From NCBI RefSeq assembly GCF_006345805.1, contig NC_043003.1, positions 124,001-188,000 of the forward strand: a DNA stretch of 64,000 nt, given 5' to 3'. The DNA comes from Octopus sinensis. Lineage: Eukaryota. A program made the position numbers and the translations under genes. Below, piece after piece: positions 23,210 through 36,764 of the stretch (position 1 is its first letter; each line of letters opens with the position of its first letter). The notes under the pieces are model-generated. The model did no database searches. It was not told where the DNA came from and was given only the letters and a program-made list of their open reading frames with translations.

Positions 23210-26200
23210 AACCTGGCTTCATCAAACCCAAGCTCGGCAGATGGGACTACCCACAATATACAAGACCACCACAGCAAGTAGACCCAAGGTGGACACAGCC
23301 GGCAACAGCATATACCTCACCTCGATGCTCCTACTGAACATCAGAGGACTGCAAACACTCAGTAACAGGACAAAAATCCCGTTCTTGAGAGACTTTGTTG
23401 CATGCAATCAAGCCTTATGCATAGCACTTACGGAAACGCACCTGAAACCGGACATAGCAGATGCAGAGTTACACATACCACAGTATGTTGTACTACGGAC
23501 CGACAGAAAAGAAAGGAGTCATGGAGGAGTTGCTATGTACATCTGTGAGGACCTCACACCCCAGGTCCTTTTGTCATACTCAAACTCGGTGTGTGACACT
23601 AATTGTACATATAAGGCAACTTGATGTAGTTGTGTGTGCTACATATCGCCCTCCAGATGCCCCAAGCCATGTGGGCAAGTTTGAAGACTGCCTTATAAAA
23701 ATAGAAGAAGTTCTAATCACATTAGAACAACACATAAGTGTACTTCTTATGGGAGACTTCAATCTGCCCAATGTCAGATGGCCCGAGGGCCTTTCTCTCC
23801 CAGGAATGACAAGATGTGAACGAGGTCAGGCGAGGTCCCTCCTGAACCTCATCAACACCCTGTACATGGAGCAAGTAATACTTCAACCAACCAGGGCAGG
23901 TAACATACTGGATCTCTGCTTCACAAATAATATGGATCTCATCCATAATGTGAAAGTGACACCGACACTACTCTCGGATCACAACATGGTAGAGCTGACC
24001 ATGTACGGGCCAAAGGAAAGCATGGACATGCAGCCTACAAGAAACCCTCAGAATCTTTCCAGCTTGAACTTCCATAAGGCAAACTGGAAACAAATTGAGA
24101 AAGAGATCCTCAAACAAAACTGGCCTGAGTGTCTCTCCTCGCCAGACATCGACGTGAAACTTCAACAATTCATGTCTGTAGTGCAAGCCATATGCTACAA
24201 ATGTGTCCCAGAGAGAAAGGCCACTGTACACAAGAACAAAATCCCCAGAGAGAGGAAAATTTTAATGAGACGGCGTACAAAAATTTCAAATCGCCTAAAC
24301 AAACAAATTGAAAGCAGTGAAAAGTCCCGCCTGAAAATAAAACTGTTGGAAATTGAAAAATATCTGCAACTCTCCCATGAAAAGGAAAGAGCAGAGAAAG
24401 AAGCCTGGGCTATATACAACATAAAATCTAACCCCAGAGCTTTCTACAGGTATGCCAAAGAAACAGCTACGGTGCACTGTAGGATAGGGCCACTCCTTGA
24501 AAAGGATGGCACACTCACAGGAAATCCAATGAGGGTAAGTGAAATACTGAATGAGCAATTCAAGAGTGTTTTCACTCCACCCCTTGGGCATTTCCAAATC
24601 ACCAATCCAACTGACTTCTTTACCACTGCAGATATAAAATCAGAGGCAGCGACGATAGATTACATCGATATAAAGGAAGACGATGTAATAAAGGCTATAG
24701 ACAAAATGAAAACAGACTCAGCTACTGGCCCCGATGGATTCCCGGCAATCCTCCTAAAAGTATGTAAGAGAGTCCTAGCAAGACCACTGCAGTTCCTCTT
24801 TCAGAGCTTCCTTGCAGCTGGCAAACTTCCAAGAAAACTGAAGGAAGGTAAAATATGCCCTGTTCATAAAGGAGGTAGCAGAGCGGAGGCCAAGAACTAC
24901 AGACCTATCTCTCTGACCTCACACATCAGCAAGGTCATGGAACGAATAGTCAGAAGGAAATTGATCACCTTCCTTGAAGAAAATGACTTGCTGTCTGACA
25001 CCCAACATGGTTTCCGACCAGGAAGAAGCTGCTTAATTCAGCTCCTACAACACTATGACTGGGTGCTGAAACGACTGCTCAACCACTCAAACGTGGAAGT
25101 GATATATCTCGACTTTGCAAAGGCCTTTGATAAAGTCGATCATGGGATGATATGTCACAAACTGCGTGATCTTAGCATAGTTGGAAAACTGGGAGAATGG
25201 CTTCATGACTTTCTGAAAGATAGAAGTCAGGTGGTAGTAGCCAATGGGGCCACTTCCATTAACACGCAAATAGTGAGCGGTGTTCCGCAGGGCACTGTTT
25301 TGGGACCACTACTGTTCATAATGGCCCTCTCAGACATGCCCTCAGCCACGCAGAGAGCCACGATCACAAGTTATGCAGATGATACAAAAGTTTCACAGGC
25401 AATACAGAACCCTGAGGACACTAAACGCCTGCAATGTGAGCTGGACAAAATATACAAGTGGGCTGAAAAGAATAGCATGCAGTTCAATGCTGAAAAGTTT
25501 CAAGCTTTATGCTATCAGCATGCAAAACTAAATGCAATACCCAATGAATACACTGGACCCGGAGGAATTGCAATCCCAGAGGCACAATCAGTGCGTGACC
25601 TGGGTATTTACATGAGTGATGACGCAACCTTTCGTGTACATGTTGCTAAATTGGCAATGAAATGTAGACGACTGGCCGGATGGATTCTTAGAATCTTTAG
25701 AACAAGAGAACAAGAAACCATGATGGTCCTCTGGAGGACACTTGTCCTAAGCCACTTTGACTATTGCTCTCAGCTATGGTCACCATCCAGTGTCAAGCTG
25801 ATCACAGAACTTGAGGCGATCCAACGTAGCTACACGAAGAAGATAGCCTCTGTGCAGAATATAAGCTACTGGGAAAGACTCAAGAGATTAAAACTCTATT
25901 CCTTGGAGCGTAGGCAAGAAAGATATGCCATAATATACATCTGGAAGATCCTGGAAGGACTTGTCCCAAACTTTGGCATCGAGAGTTACACAAATGCCAG
26001 AACTGGGCGCCACTGCGTGGTGCCAAGGACTCCAAATTTGGCATCAAGATGTAGGACAAGATACTGTGAAAGCCTGGGCTTCCGAGGCCCACAGCTCTTC
26101 AATATCCTCCCGAAGAACCTAAGAGACCTGCATGGGGTGGATGCAGATGTCTTTAAAATGAAACTGGATCTCTTCTTGTCAGGTATCCCAGATGAACCAA

Positions 26201-26352
26201 CTTCACGGCAGGAGGTGCAGATGAGGGCAGCTGCATCGAACTCTCTCATGCACCAATGACAGTTGCTAAAAAGCATTCGTAGCAACACCAAATGGCGGTG
26301 CCCCAGCATGCCCACAGCTCGTGAGCTGAAACTAGAATCAATCAATCAATCA
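23210..26352 (+). mobile_element. Near-intact CR1-group LINE (APE endonuclease + RT), 5'-truncated, (TCAA)n tail
   Basis: APE motifs (LNIRG, TETHL, GDFN, PTRAGNILDL, SDH) and RT motifs (DFAKAFDKVDH, GVPQG, YADD) are present. One frameshift near 23598. Flanked by TA tracts. Confidence 0.92.
23332..26259 (+). pseudogene. LINE ORF2 (APE-RT) split by a single frameshift
   Basis: ORF 23241-23624 and ORF 23461-26259 join at VCDT|LIVHI (about 23598). Confidence 0.85.
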
Positions 26353-26392
26353 ATATATATATATAATATATATATATATAACCCCGTTTATT

Positions 26393-26482
<90 letters not shown>

Positions 26483-26527
26483 GTTTTTGCTAAGACAAAA
26501 TAGACCAAGATGTTATATATATATATA

Positions 26528-27670
26528 CAAAGTAGAACCTCGCAACACGAGTGCCCCATTGCACAAGTAATTTGCTGTACGAGTCGAGGCACGTGCGAAT
26601 TTTTGTCTTGAGATCCGCACTACGAGCGAGTTTTATACAAGCGACTGCTATGCGGCGCTCAGTTCGCACACGTTCTCCCAACAAGCGCACTTTCCGCTCG
26701 CTCAGTTGTGTTTTCCCCAGTGTTTCTTGTTTTAGTTTCCTAAGTTTTTTTTTGCTATTATTTTATGATAATAAGTTGTATTAGCCATGGGTCCTAAGAA
26801 GGTTAGTGCAAAGGATAGTGCTGAGAAGGAGAAAAAGCTGATTACGATGGAATTGAAGAAGGAAATTATTAGTAGACATGAGAGAGGAGTGCATGTAGTG
26901 GTGGACATAGCACGTCAATACGACCGAAACACGTCGACGATCTGTGCCATCCCGAAGAAAAAGGACGAGATGAAGGCCGTCACAACAGCAAAGGGTGTCT
27001 CCAGGCTCTCTCAGCAACGCACATCTGTCCACGAAGAGATGGGAAAATTGCTTTTCCTGTGGATCAACGAGAAGCAACTCGCAGGAGATACGATTACGGA
27101 GACCATCATCCGCGGGAAAGCACGAGCGTTGTATGGGGATCTCCTGAAGCAGAACCCTGGAACATCGACGGAGGGGGCATCAGCAGACACATTTAAGGCC
27201 AGTCGCAGCTGGTTCGATAATTTCAAGAAGAGGACTGGTGTTCATAGCATCGTCAGGTATGTATGTAGAAGCAGCGAGTTCTAACACGAAGGCAGCCGAG
27301 GATTCCGTGCGGGAATTCCGTCAACTCATCGCAGTCGAGGAGTCCATCGCACAACAGGTATTCATCTGTGATGAGACTGTCCCTTTTTAAAAGCAAATGC
27401 CCAGAAGACCCTACATAACTGCAGAGGAGAAGAAAATGCCAGGCCACGAGTCTATGGAAGATAGGCTGACTTTCGCACTTTGTGCCAATGCGAGTGGAGA
27501 CTTGAAGATTAAGCCACTCCTTGTGTACCATTCCGAAAAGCCACGAGAATTCAAGTTGCGCAAAATCTTGAAGGAGAAGCTGCAGGTCATGCGGAGGGCA
27601 AGCCTGGGTCATCAGGTAATTCTTCAACGAATGGGTCAGACTTATCTTCAGACCAGTAGTGAAAAGTAAC
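26528..27670 (+). mobile_element. Tigger/pogo (Tc1-mariner superfamily) transposon relic
   Basis: After TA the element starts CAAAGTAGAACCTCG (TIR-like). MGPKKV...ITMELKKEII...FKASRSWFDNFKKR is a CENP-B-type HTH, and MPRRPYITAEEKKMPGH...LTFALCANASGDLKIKPLLVYHSE is the DDE_1 start. Stops, frameshifts and 3' truncation are present. Confidence 0.88.
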
Positions 27671-27984
27671 TTCTGGAGTACGATCTTCCTCTCACATAAC
27701 TGATTTCTTCATGGCTTCATATACGGAAGCAACTCTTCAAACCTCATAACTGTATACAGACTGCAATAATCTGAATCCAAGCAGAGCATTATATTCCTCC
27801 TTCTTCTTTCTTGGAATAATTCTTCGCGTTGTAATTAGTAATAACGTCAGAATAACAACCTTCTGGCATTTATTCAATTAAATCATTCTACAGTAATTCG
27901 ATAAATTAGATTTACTCTTAAAATAGGGCTTTTTTTGCGTTGCTTTCAATTATATTTCGTCTCTCTCAACCGCATTCCTCATCT

Positions 27985-28001
27985 CTTACCTTGTTTCTTC
28001 C

Positions 28002-28084
<83 letters not shown>

Positions 28085-28093
28085 GTCTGTCTA

Positions 28094-28138
<45 letters not shown>

Positions 28139-28147
28139 ATATCTATA

Positions 28148-28206
<59 letters not shown>

Positions 28207-28207
28207 G

Positions 28208-28250
<43 letters not shown>
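27985..28250. repeat. (TCTA/TCTG)n microsatellite, 5' flank of the Tx1-like LINE
   Basis: Directly visible. Confidence 0.95.
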
Positions 28251-30283
28251 GGGTGGGGCCCTGATCAATTTGGATCAATCGAAAGCTTTCGATAGGGTAG
28301 ACCATCGATACTTGGAGGCAGTCCTGAGAGCGGCTAGTTTCGGTCCCGTCTTCCGCGGCTGGATAGCTGCCTTGTACAGAGGTATCCGTTCGGTAATTCG
28401 CGTAAATGGACATCTATCGAGACCTTTCGACATCGCACGTTCGGTCCGTCAGGGAGGCCCCCTCTCGTCACTTCTATACGTATTGACTCTCGAGCCACTA
28501 CTGCGGAAGCTGGCGACTCTGAGGGGCATCCCGCGAGAAGTGGGATGCGGGACGAGCGTGTCTGCATACGCGGACGACGTCACCGTCATAGTGTCAAGCC
28601 ACGAGCACATCGAGCTGGTCGGCGAGACACTGAAAGACTACGAAGCGGTGACAGGAGCGAAAATCAACCGGGAAAAGTCAGTGGGCTCGGCACCTGGAGA
28701 AGCAAGCCCATGCCGTCCACCAGCACCTCCGTCGTGGGACGCTGGACGGACGGCCCGGTTGAGTTGCTCGGACTCTGGTTCGGTCCGGACCTCCAAATGG
28801 AGAAGAACTGGAACGAGATAACGAATAGGGTGGTCACTCTCGCCCGGCAATGGGCCGAGAGGAAACTGTCCCTAAAAGGTCGGGCGGAGGTGGCGAACAC
28901 GTACATCGCGTCCATCATCTACTACCGCCTGACCGTCGTACCTTGTCCCGATTCTACCATCACCAAACTAGAACGCATTCTCTTCCGCTTCCTATGGAAA
29001 GGATGTGTCCCGATGGTCAGGCGATCCATTTGCTGTCAACACCCGTTAAAAGGAGGGCTGGGCATGCCTTGGTTGATGATGCGCAGACACGCGCTGAGAC
29101 TGCGACATCTCCGGCTCTATGTAGACGACGGTGAACAGGTGTGGTCGCCGTTTGTGAGGCACGCATTCCCGCAGCTCGTCTCCATGACCGAACTGCAGTC
29201 GTGGATCAAAAAGAGGCCGAGGAAGGGCGAATGGCACCGCGAGTGTCGCGTTGCTCTCAAGCAACTATGCCGTCCCGGGTCGACCTTTAGTGACTTCAAC
29301 ACAACCCAAGCATTCTATTGGGGATTAGTGGAGGGGAGGTACGACGACAATCTTGGGGCGAACCTGGGCGTCGACGAGGAATACCTGATCCGCCTGTTTG
29401 AGACGACTTTCGGGCCGGGACCTATGGACAACTTCCAGAGATCCCTGGCCTGGCAGTGCTACCGAGAAGCGCTACCCGTTCGGGATAAGCTCTATAGGCA
29501 TGGCTCGAGAAACACGGGGCCGACCTGCCCGAGATGCGGGCAGAGCGACGAAACCGTTCTGCACGCAATCGTGCAGTGTCCAACAATCTCCGACCTGTGG
29601 GCTTATGTCGAACGACTGCTGTCACGTGTGGAACGAGTCGGTTTATCAGCTGAGTCTATCGTCAATATTGTCACGCCTCCTTCCTTCAAACGGGAAGGAA
29701 GAGCTATTTTTATCATACTTGTAGCTATGGCGAAAGAATGTATCTGGTGGACGCGCCTGAAAGGATTGGAGACAAACACTTTCCTCTCTGGTCAATCTCT
29801 CATCAACTTCTTCAAGTATCACTTGAAGAGGAATGTGAGAGTAGAGAGGCAAGTTTTGTCTAGCGAATGTTTTAAAAAAAGATGGGTGAATGTAGCAAGG
29901 ATGGCACGTATGAATGACGAAGCCACCTTGACTATGATCCTATGAACCGTAAAAATTAATACAGAGAGTTGCTTATTCGTAAAAAAAAAATAACATATGA
30001 CTTCATTGACCGAGGTTACAGTGGTCTTTTCTGTAGGCTTTTCTTTCCACGGGTAAACCTCACCTGTCCTCCCCTTTACATTTTATATTGACATTTCTGT
30101 GATAACGATCCCTATTGATCGATGTTTTCTTTTACCCTCCCTTTTTTTTGCTTTCCTCTTTGTTTCCTTTTACGATCCCTTTTGATCGAAAACCAAACCC
30201 CCTTTTTTTGATCCCCAAAAAGAAAAGCTCTACCTTGTAATTTATCCCGTCTGTGTGCAGCCGTGTGGCTAATAAAGAAACAT
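28251..30283 (+). mobile_element. 5'-truncated Tx1/L1-clade LINE (RT, C-terminal zinc finger, 3' UTR) inside (TATC)n
   Basis: [33 protein letters not shown] and CPRCGQSDETVLHAIVQC are present. Frameshift near 28686. Ends AATAAAGAAAC followed by (TATC)n. Confidence 0.9.
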
Positions 30284-30400
<117 letters not shown>

Positions 30401-30609
30401 TCCTTTTCCCCTTTGACATTCTCATTGTTTCTCTCTACTGTTACCTCCCTCCCTCTCTCTCAAACATATACACCTCTCTCGTACAGTCTCTCTCTCTCTC
30501 TCTCAATTATTTTTCACTCTCTCGCTTTTCCATACACTTTTCCTCATTCTCTCAGATACGCCCAACCCTTTCGCTCTTCCTCACAGTTTTATTTTCAGGA
30601 GGTTGACAA

Positions 30610-30672
<63 letters not shown>

Positions 30673-30849
30673 GCTGACTTTTTATTTTTTTTATTTAATG
30701 CACAAACAAAACGCATATTTTTCTTCCCAAACTTTTTACCTATAAAACATTCCAGAATATATATATACGTATGTATGTATGTGTGTGTGTGTGTGTGTGT
30801 GCGTATGTATGCATGTATGTATGCATGTATGTATGTGTGTGTGTATATA

Positions 30850-30888
<39 letters not shown>

Positions 30889-32145
30889 ATGTATGCATGT
30901 ATGTATGTGTGTATGTATATATGTATGTATGTATGTAGACACAAAGAAAACGAAAGAATGAAATAAAAAACTAAAATATAAATAAATCTTGTTAAAAGAA
31001 GAGACTGACAGAAATATTGAGTCACTTCCGCTAAACAATACAGTCGAGAGGTATGTAGTGGGGTTGTGTGTGTGTGTGTGTGATATGAATGCATGTGTGT
31101 ATATGTATGTGTGCACTTGCGCGCGCGTTCTGAAGTTAATGTCTTGGTTACAGGAGTAAAATAATATCAGCTACTGCTAATAATAATAATAATAATCTTT
31201 CCTGTCTAGGCACCAGGACCAAAATTTTGGGGGAAGGGGCCAGTCGATTAGATCGACCCAGTACGCAACTGGTACTTAATTTATCGACCCCGAAAGGAAT
31301 TTAAACTCAGAACGTTAAGATAGACGAAATACCGCTAAGCATCATTTCGCCCGGCGTGATGACCTTTCTGCCGGCTCCTCGCCGCCTTAATAAAAAAATA
31401 AAAAAAAAAAATAATAATGGTTTCAAATTTTTTCCACAAGGGCAGCAATTTTGAGGGAGGGGGTGAATCGATTACATCGACCTTCGGGCCATTTGACATT
31501 GGGGAAGTTGAGCAAATAGTACTCCAACCAACCAGGGCAGGTAACATACTGGATCTCTGCTTCACAGACGGAGAAAGAAAATCGCCAACGATACACAGGC
31601 GGTCAGATATTGAATGACCGGAAGGGAATGGGTGAAGAAAAGTTCTTTCAAAGACAAGAAAGCGCAAGAGAAGGAGGTATGTGTGGGAATGTGCGTGCGC
31701 GCAGGTCTGTGTGTATGTATATGTGTGTGTGTGTGTAATGATAGCACGTGTGTCTGTGGTATATATATATATATCTAACTGGTTAAAATTCTATTTATTG
31801 TGCGGCCGATGATAGTACTGCATTTAAACTGATGTAATGATTGTATTGTTCAATTAATGGAGCCGCTTGAAACGGTCGTACTGCATCACTTCTTGATTTA
31901 TATATAGTCAAAACACTATTCATATATATAATTAATCGGTAGCGGTTACAGTATGACTCAAGGGCCGAGAGTTTTGTGTGTTTGCAGTTACAAGTTTAAT
32001 AAAGGCCAACTTCGAAACTCTCGGCCTTTGAGTCACTCTGTAATTTCTGCCAATTATTAATAGCATACACACACCCATAAATATCATATATGTACATACA
32101 CATATACACATGTTTGAGTGCTGTAGCCATGCTGGGGCACCGCCA

Positions 32146-32193
<48 letters not shown>

Positions 32194-34466
32194 CATCCAT
32201 ATATCATTTGAGTAGCTTAATTAATTTCTCCGCTAATTAACTTCGTAGCGCATGCTTTTTATTAAAGAAATTTTCCTTATTTCCGTTTAGACTGGTTTGC
32301 CAATTGGAAAATTGTTTATAAGAATTATTGTCAGGTGTTACTTAATTAGTATAACATTTCATATATATATATTGACGGTATGTTTGTATTTTGGGGCATT
32401 CAATCATTAACGCTTGCGGTACAAATCTGGTGACATTTTCTGCCCAGAAGAAAAGATTGTTTCATATATTTCCAGGCACCGAACTGCGAAGATGGAAATG
32501 ACCTTTGCTCAAATGTATTCACAACATACACTCCAATCCACCACCACCACCACCACCTCCACTTCCTTCTCCACTTCCTCCTTCTTTTCCACCTCCTCCT
32601 CTTCCTCCTCATCCTTCCCTTCTCTTCCTCCCCTCGTCTACCCCCTCCCCTCCTCGTCCCCTCCTCGCCCTGCTCCTCCTCCCCGTCGTCGTCGTCATTA
32701 TTATTAATGTTTCATAAGTGAGGTATTAATAAGGCGGCGAGCTGGCAGAAACGTTAGCACGACGAGCGAAATGCTTAGCGGTATATCGTCTGTCTTTACG
32801 TTCTGAGTTCGAATTCAGCTGAGGTCGACTTTGCCTATCATCCTTTCGGGGTCGCTCTAATCGACTGGTCCCTTCCCCCAAAGTTCCATTGTGCCTGGAG
32901 TAGAAAAAAAATTAGTGAGACATTAATGTTTCCAGTCCTCGGACTCATACAGGGATAACTCGATGCCGTTGACTGGTGAACAGTCAACAGCGTTGGAGAG
33001 CATGAAGATTTAATAGTAGTGGAGAAAAAAATTAGCTGACATGGAGGACCGCAAACCATCTGAATATTGGTAAAAAGTTAACTGTATCATGATGATTCGC
33101 GCCGGGTGTCAAGATGCCAACATCATGACTGCTGTTCTGTGAATATTGTAAAAGCTTTGGGACGTGACAACATGGAAACCAGGTTCCGCCAAAGTAGAAT
33201 ACGTGTTTTAATAATGGTTTCCGATTTTGATACGAGGCCAGAAACTTCGGGGAGGGAGTAAGTTGATTATCTGGACCTCAGTACTCAACTGGTATTTATT
33301 GTATGGACCTTGAAAGGATGAAAGGCAAAGTTGACCCTTGGCGGAATTTGAACTCAGGACGTCAAGTCGAGAGAAAATCCCGGTAACCATTTTGACCGGT
33401 GTGCTGCTCGCCGCCTTGATATGTGTTCTAATAATAGAACCGGAGAACGACCTGAATCTGTAAAACCAGTTTCGACATCCGGTTGAGACCATTTAACTTC
33501 GCTCTCGAGTCATTGTGTAGATGATGTCAAATCTAAATTTGTGTCGTTGTGGCCAAGCAAAAAGATGAAGGAGGAGAAAGAAAAAAAACAAACAAAACAA
33601 CAATTGATAATATCAAAACAAAGACGCACAAAGTGAGATGTGAGCCATTGGAAATCCCTTTCAGTAAGGGAAGGTTGACGAATCATTCTCGTTACCTAAA
33701 CACGTGTCATCTGCCTGGCTCCTTTGGTTCTCAATTCAGGCGTGACCAAATTTTTGTTATGCTTAATTAAGTTGGGCTTTTGAAGCCGAGAAATACTTTA
33801 TGCTTTAGTAGTTATCAATTTGGACTTTGAAAGCAACAGAATATTAAAAGACAGTTTTTTTTCCCTTCTCCCTTAAAAGATGTTATAACTCTCTTAAAAA
33901 GGAAAACACTTTGTGTCACATGATCTTTCGTATTACAATTAGTTTTAGTTTGAGGCACAAAGACATCATAAATTACATTAAATAGGAACGCCATATATAA
34001 CCAATATAGGAATGGAATGTTGTACTCGGTGTTCTGAAGTAAGTGGTTCAATTCCTGGCCAGTCAAATACGTTGCGTGGTTTTGATCCCCGGTTGAAACC
34101 AGTTATATTTACCTCATTCACGATGCCCAAGTGTTGGCGGTCTTTGGCACCCTGGTACGGCACCCTAGTACTCCGAAGGTCACGACTAGTGTTCCAGTTG
34201 ATCCGATTTGAGCAAGTGGCTGAGTACTCCACAGACACGTGTATCCTTAACTCAGGGAGATTCAGCGTGACACAGAGTGTGACAGGGCTGGCCCCTCTTG
34301 AATTACAGGTACAGCTCGTTTTTGTCAGCCGAGTAGACTGGGGCACAGTGAAATGAAGTGTCTTGCTCAAGGACGCATCACGCCGCCGGGAATTGAACTC
34401 ATGATCTTATGATCGGGAACTGAATACCCCCAAACCACGAAGCCACGCACCTTCACTCGTGGTCTC

Positions 34467-34508
<42 letters not shown>

Positions 34509-34914
34509 GCACGCACATGCACACACACGCATGCTCGCGCACACACACACGTACGTACTCACACACAAACGCACGCACACACATACACGAACGCACGCAC
34601 ACACGTATGCACGCGCGTGCGCACACACACGCATGCTCGCGTGCACACACACACGCACGCACACAGACACACACACACGTTGACTCTCTTCCAGATGACT
34701 TTTGCAGATTTGGTGGCGAACTGGCAAAATCGGCAGAGCGCCGGACAAAATGCTTAGCAGCATTTCATTCGGTTTTACGTTCTAATTTCAAATTCTACCG
34801 AGGTCTCGAGGTCGATAAGCAAAGTACCAGTTGAACACTGGGGTCGAGGTATTCGACTTACGCCCTCCCCTAAAATTGCTGGCCTTGTGTCTCTCGTATA
34901 ATGTTATTCTTTCA

Positions 34915-35300
34915 TTCTTTTACTTGTTTCAGTCATTTGACTACGGCCATACTGGAGCATGACCTTAATGTGTTTTAGTCGAACAAATCGACCTCAGGAC
35001 TTATTCTTTGTAAGCCTAGTACTTATTCTATCGCTAGGTTACGGGGACATAAACACACCGACATCGGTTGTTAAACAATGGCGGGGGACAAACACAGACA
35101 CACAATTACACACGCACGGACACACGCACACACATATATATGACGGGTTTTTTTCAGTTTCCGTCTACCAAATCCACTCACAAGACTTTTATCGGCCTGA
35201 TATAGTAGAAGACACTTGCCCAGGGTGCCACACAGTGGGACTGAACCCAGGACCATGTGGTTGGGAAGCACGCAACCTAACACACAGCCACACCTGCGCT
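34915..35300 (-). mobile_element. SINE family A copy
   Basis: Family motifs and tail present. Confidence 0.7.
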
Positions 35301-35334
35301 TATATAGCCATTATATTATTATCGTCTGACTTAA

Positions 35335-35545
35335 GACGGCGAGCTGGCAGAGTGGTTAGCACGCCGGGCGAAATGTGTAGCCGTATTTCGTCTGGCATTA
35401 CGTTCTGAGTTCAGATTCCGCCGAGGTCGACTTTACCTTTCATCCTTTCGGGGTCGATAAATTAAGTACCAATTGCATACTGGGGTCGATCTAATCGACT
35501 GGCTCTCTCCCGAAAATGTCGGGCTTTGTGCCTAGAGTAGAAAAG
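35335..35545 (+). mobile_element. SINE family M copy
   Basis: GGCGAGCTGGCAGA head and CCTTTCATCCTTTCGGGGTCGATAAA core. Further copies at about 31200-31390, 32730-32910, 33230-33420 and 43430-43820. Confidence 0.75.
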
Positions 35546-35769
35546 CTTATTATCGTCTGACTTTTCTATTTTTCACTACCATTATTCCTTTCTCCAAATT
35601 TGTATCCTCTTTTCTGCTTTTTCTTTTTTTTATTTTCTCTCAATATATGTGAGTGCGCATGCGCGTAGGCACCTGTCTCCCCCCCCCTCTTTCCGTTTCT
35701 CTCTCTTTTTCAAACACTTACACACGTCTATGCAAACACATTTCCATTTTCAGAGTTGTGTTAAATATT

Positions 35770-36548
35770 GTAGAATGTCTGAAACTATTTTAATATTTCT
35801 GGAATGGAACTCATTCTACAGACAGAGGAGAGGCAATTGGAGAGTTTGGCGGAGACAGTGACGTTGGAAGAGTGTGGGTGGAGGGCAGATCCCAAGATGT
35901 TTTAAATGTGGCCAAAAGGGCCATATTAAAGCGTACTGCCCTCTGCAGAAGAAAATAACAGAAGAAGCGGAATTGGAGACGGAGGGGAAAAGGGAAGAAG
36001 GAGAGACAGAGAGAAGGAAGAAGGAGGAAGAGTGGATAATGATAGAGAGTAAAAGGAAGAAAAGGAAAAACAGTGAGTATGATGTGGTACCCCAGACCAA
36101 CTCCATCCCACCCAAGACCACTCAGACCCACCCTCCTCATACAGACACCAAACCCACCCACCCCCTTTCCCTACAGGAAAAAAAGAAGAAAAAACAGACA
36201 CTACAAAATTTACAAGACCCCCTACCTCGGTGAAAAAGGTTACATCTACATGGAGGAGAGAGTGGTGTCACTCAGCGATGGGGAAAGCAGAAAAGGAAGG
36301 ATTGAACAGGAGACTAAAGAGGACTCAGCACTTAAAGGTAGCGAGTGGTGTTACTCAGAGTTACTCAGTGTCGGCTGAGTAACACACTCTTCAGGTTATC
36401 ATAAATTTAATATTTTGATTTTATTTTTCATGTTCATTTTCATGTGTCATTCATAGTATCATATTTTAATTGTATATATTTTTAATTGTTATATGTCCCC
36501 ACATATTTTGTAGTGTCCCCTCTATGTTATGCCTTTATGGCAAAATTT
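35770..36548 (+). mobile_element. LINE ORF1-like CCHC zinc-knuckle fragment with polyA-signal end
   Basis: IPRCFKCGQKGHIKAYCP (CX2CX4HX4C) followed by an acidic/basic low-complexity tail. Ends ...TGTCCCCTCTATGTTATGCCTTTATGGCAAAATTTTGAAATAAAG. Confidence 0.6.
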
Positions 36549-36715
36549 TGAAATAAAGTAGCTTGCTTACCAACCACATGGTTCTGGGTTCAGTTCCACT
36601 GCGTGGCACCTTGGGCAAGTGTCTTTTACTATAGCCTCGGGCCTTGTGAATGGATTTGGTAGACGGAAACTGAAAGAAGCCCATCGTATATATATATATA
36701 TATATAATATATATA

Positions 36716-36764
<49 letters not shown>

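Noticed and set aside
31795-31895. GAAACGGTC with nearby CGATGA/CTGATG as a hammerhead
   Set aside because: The core is incomplete and the stems are not in register.
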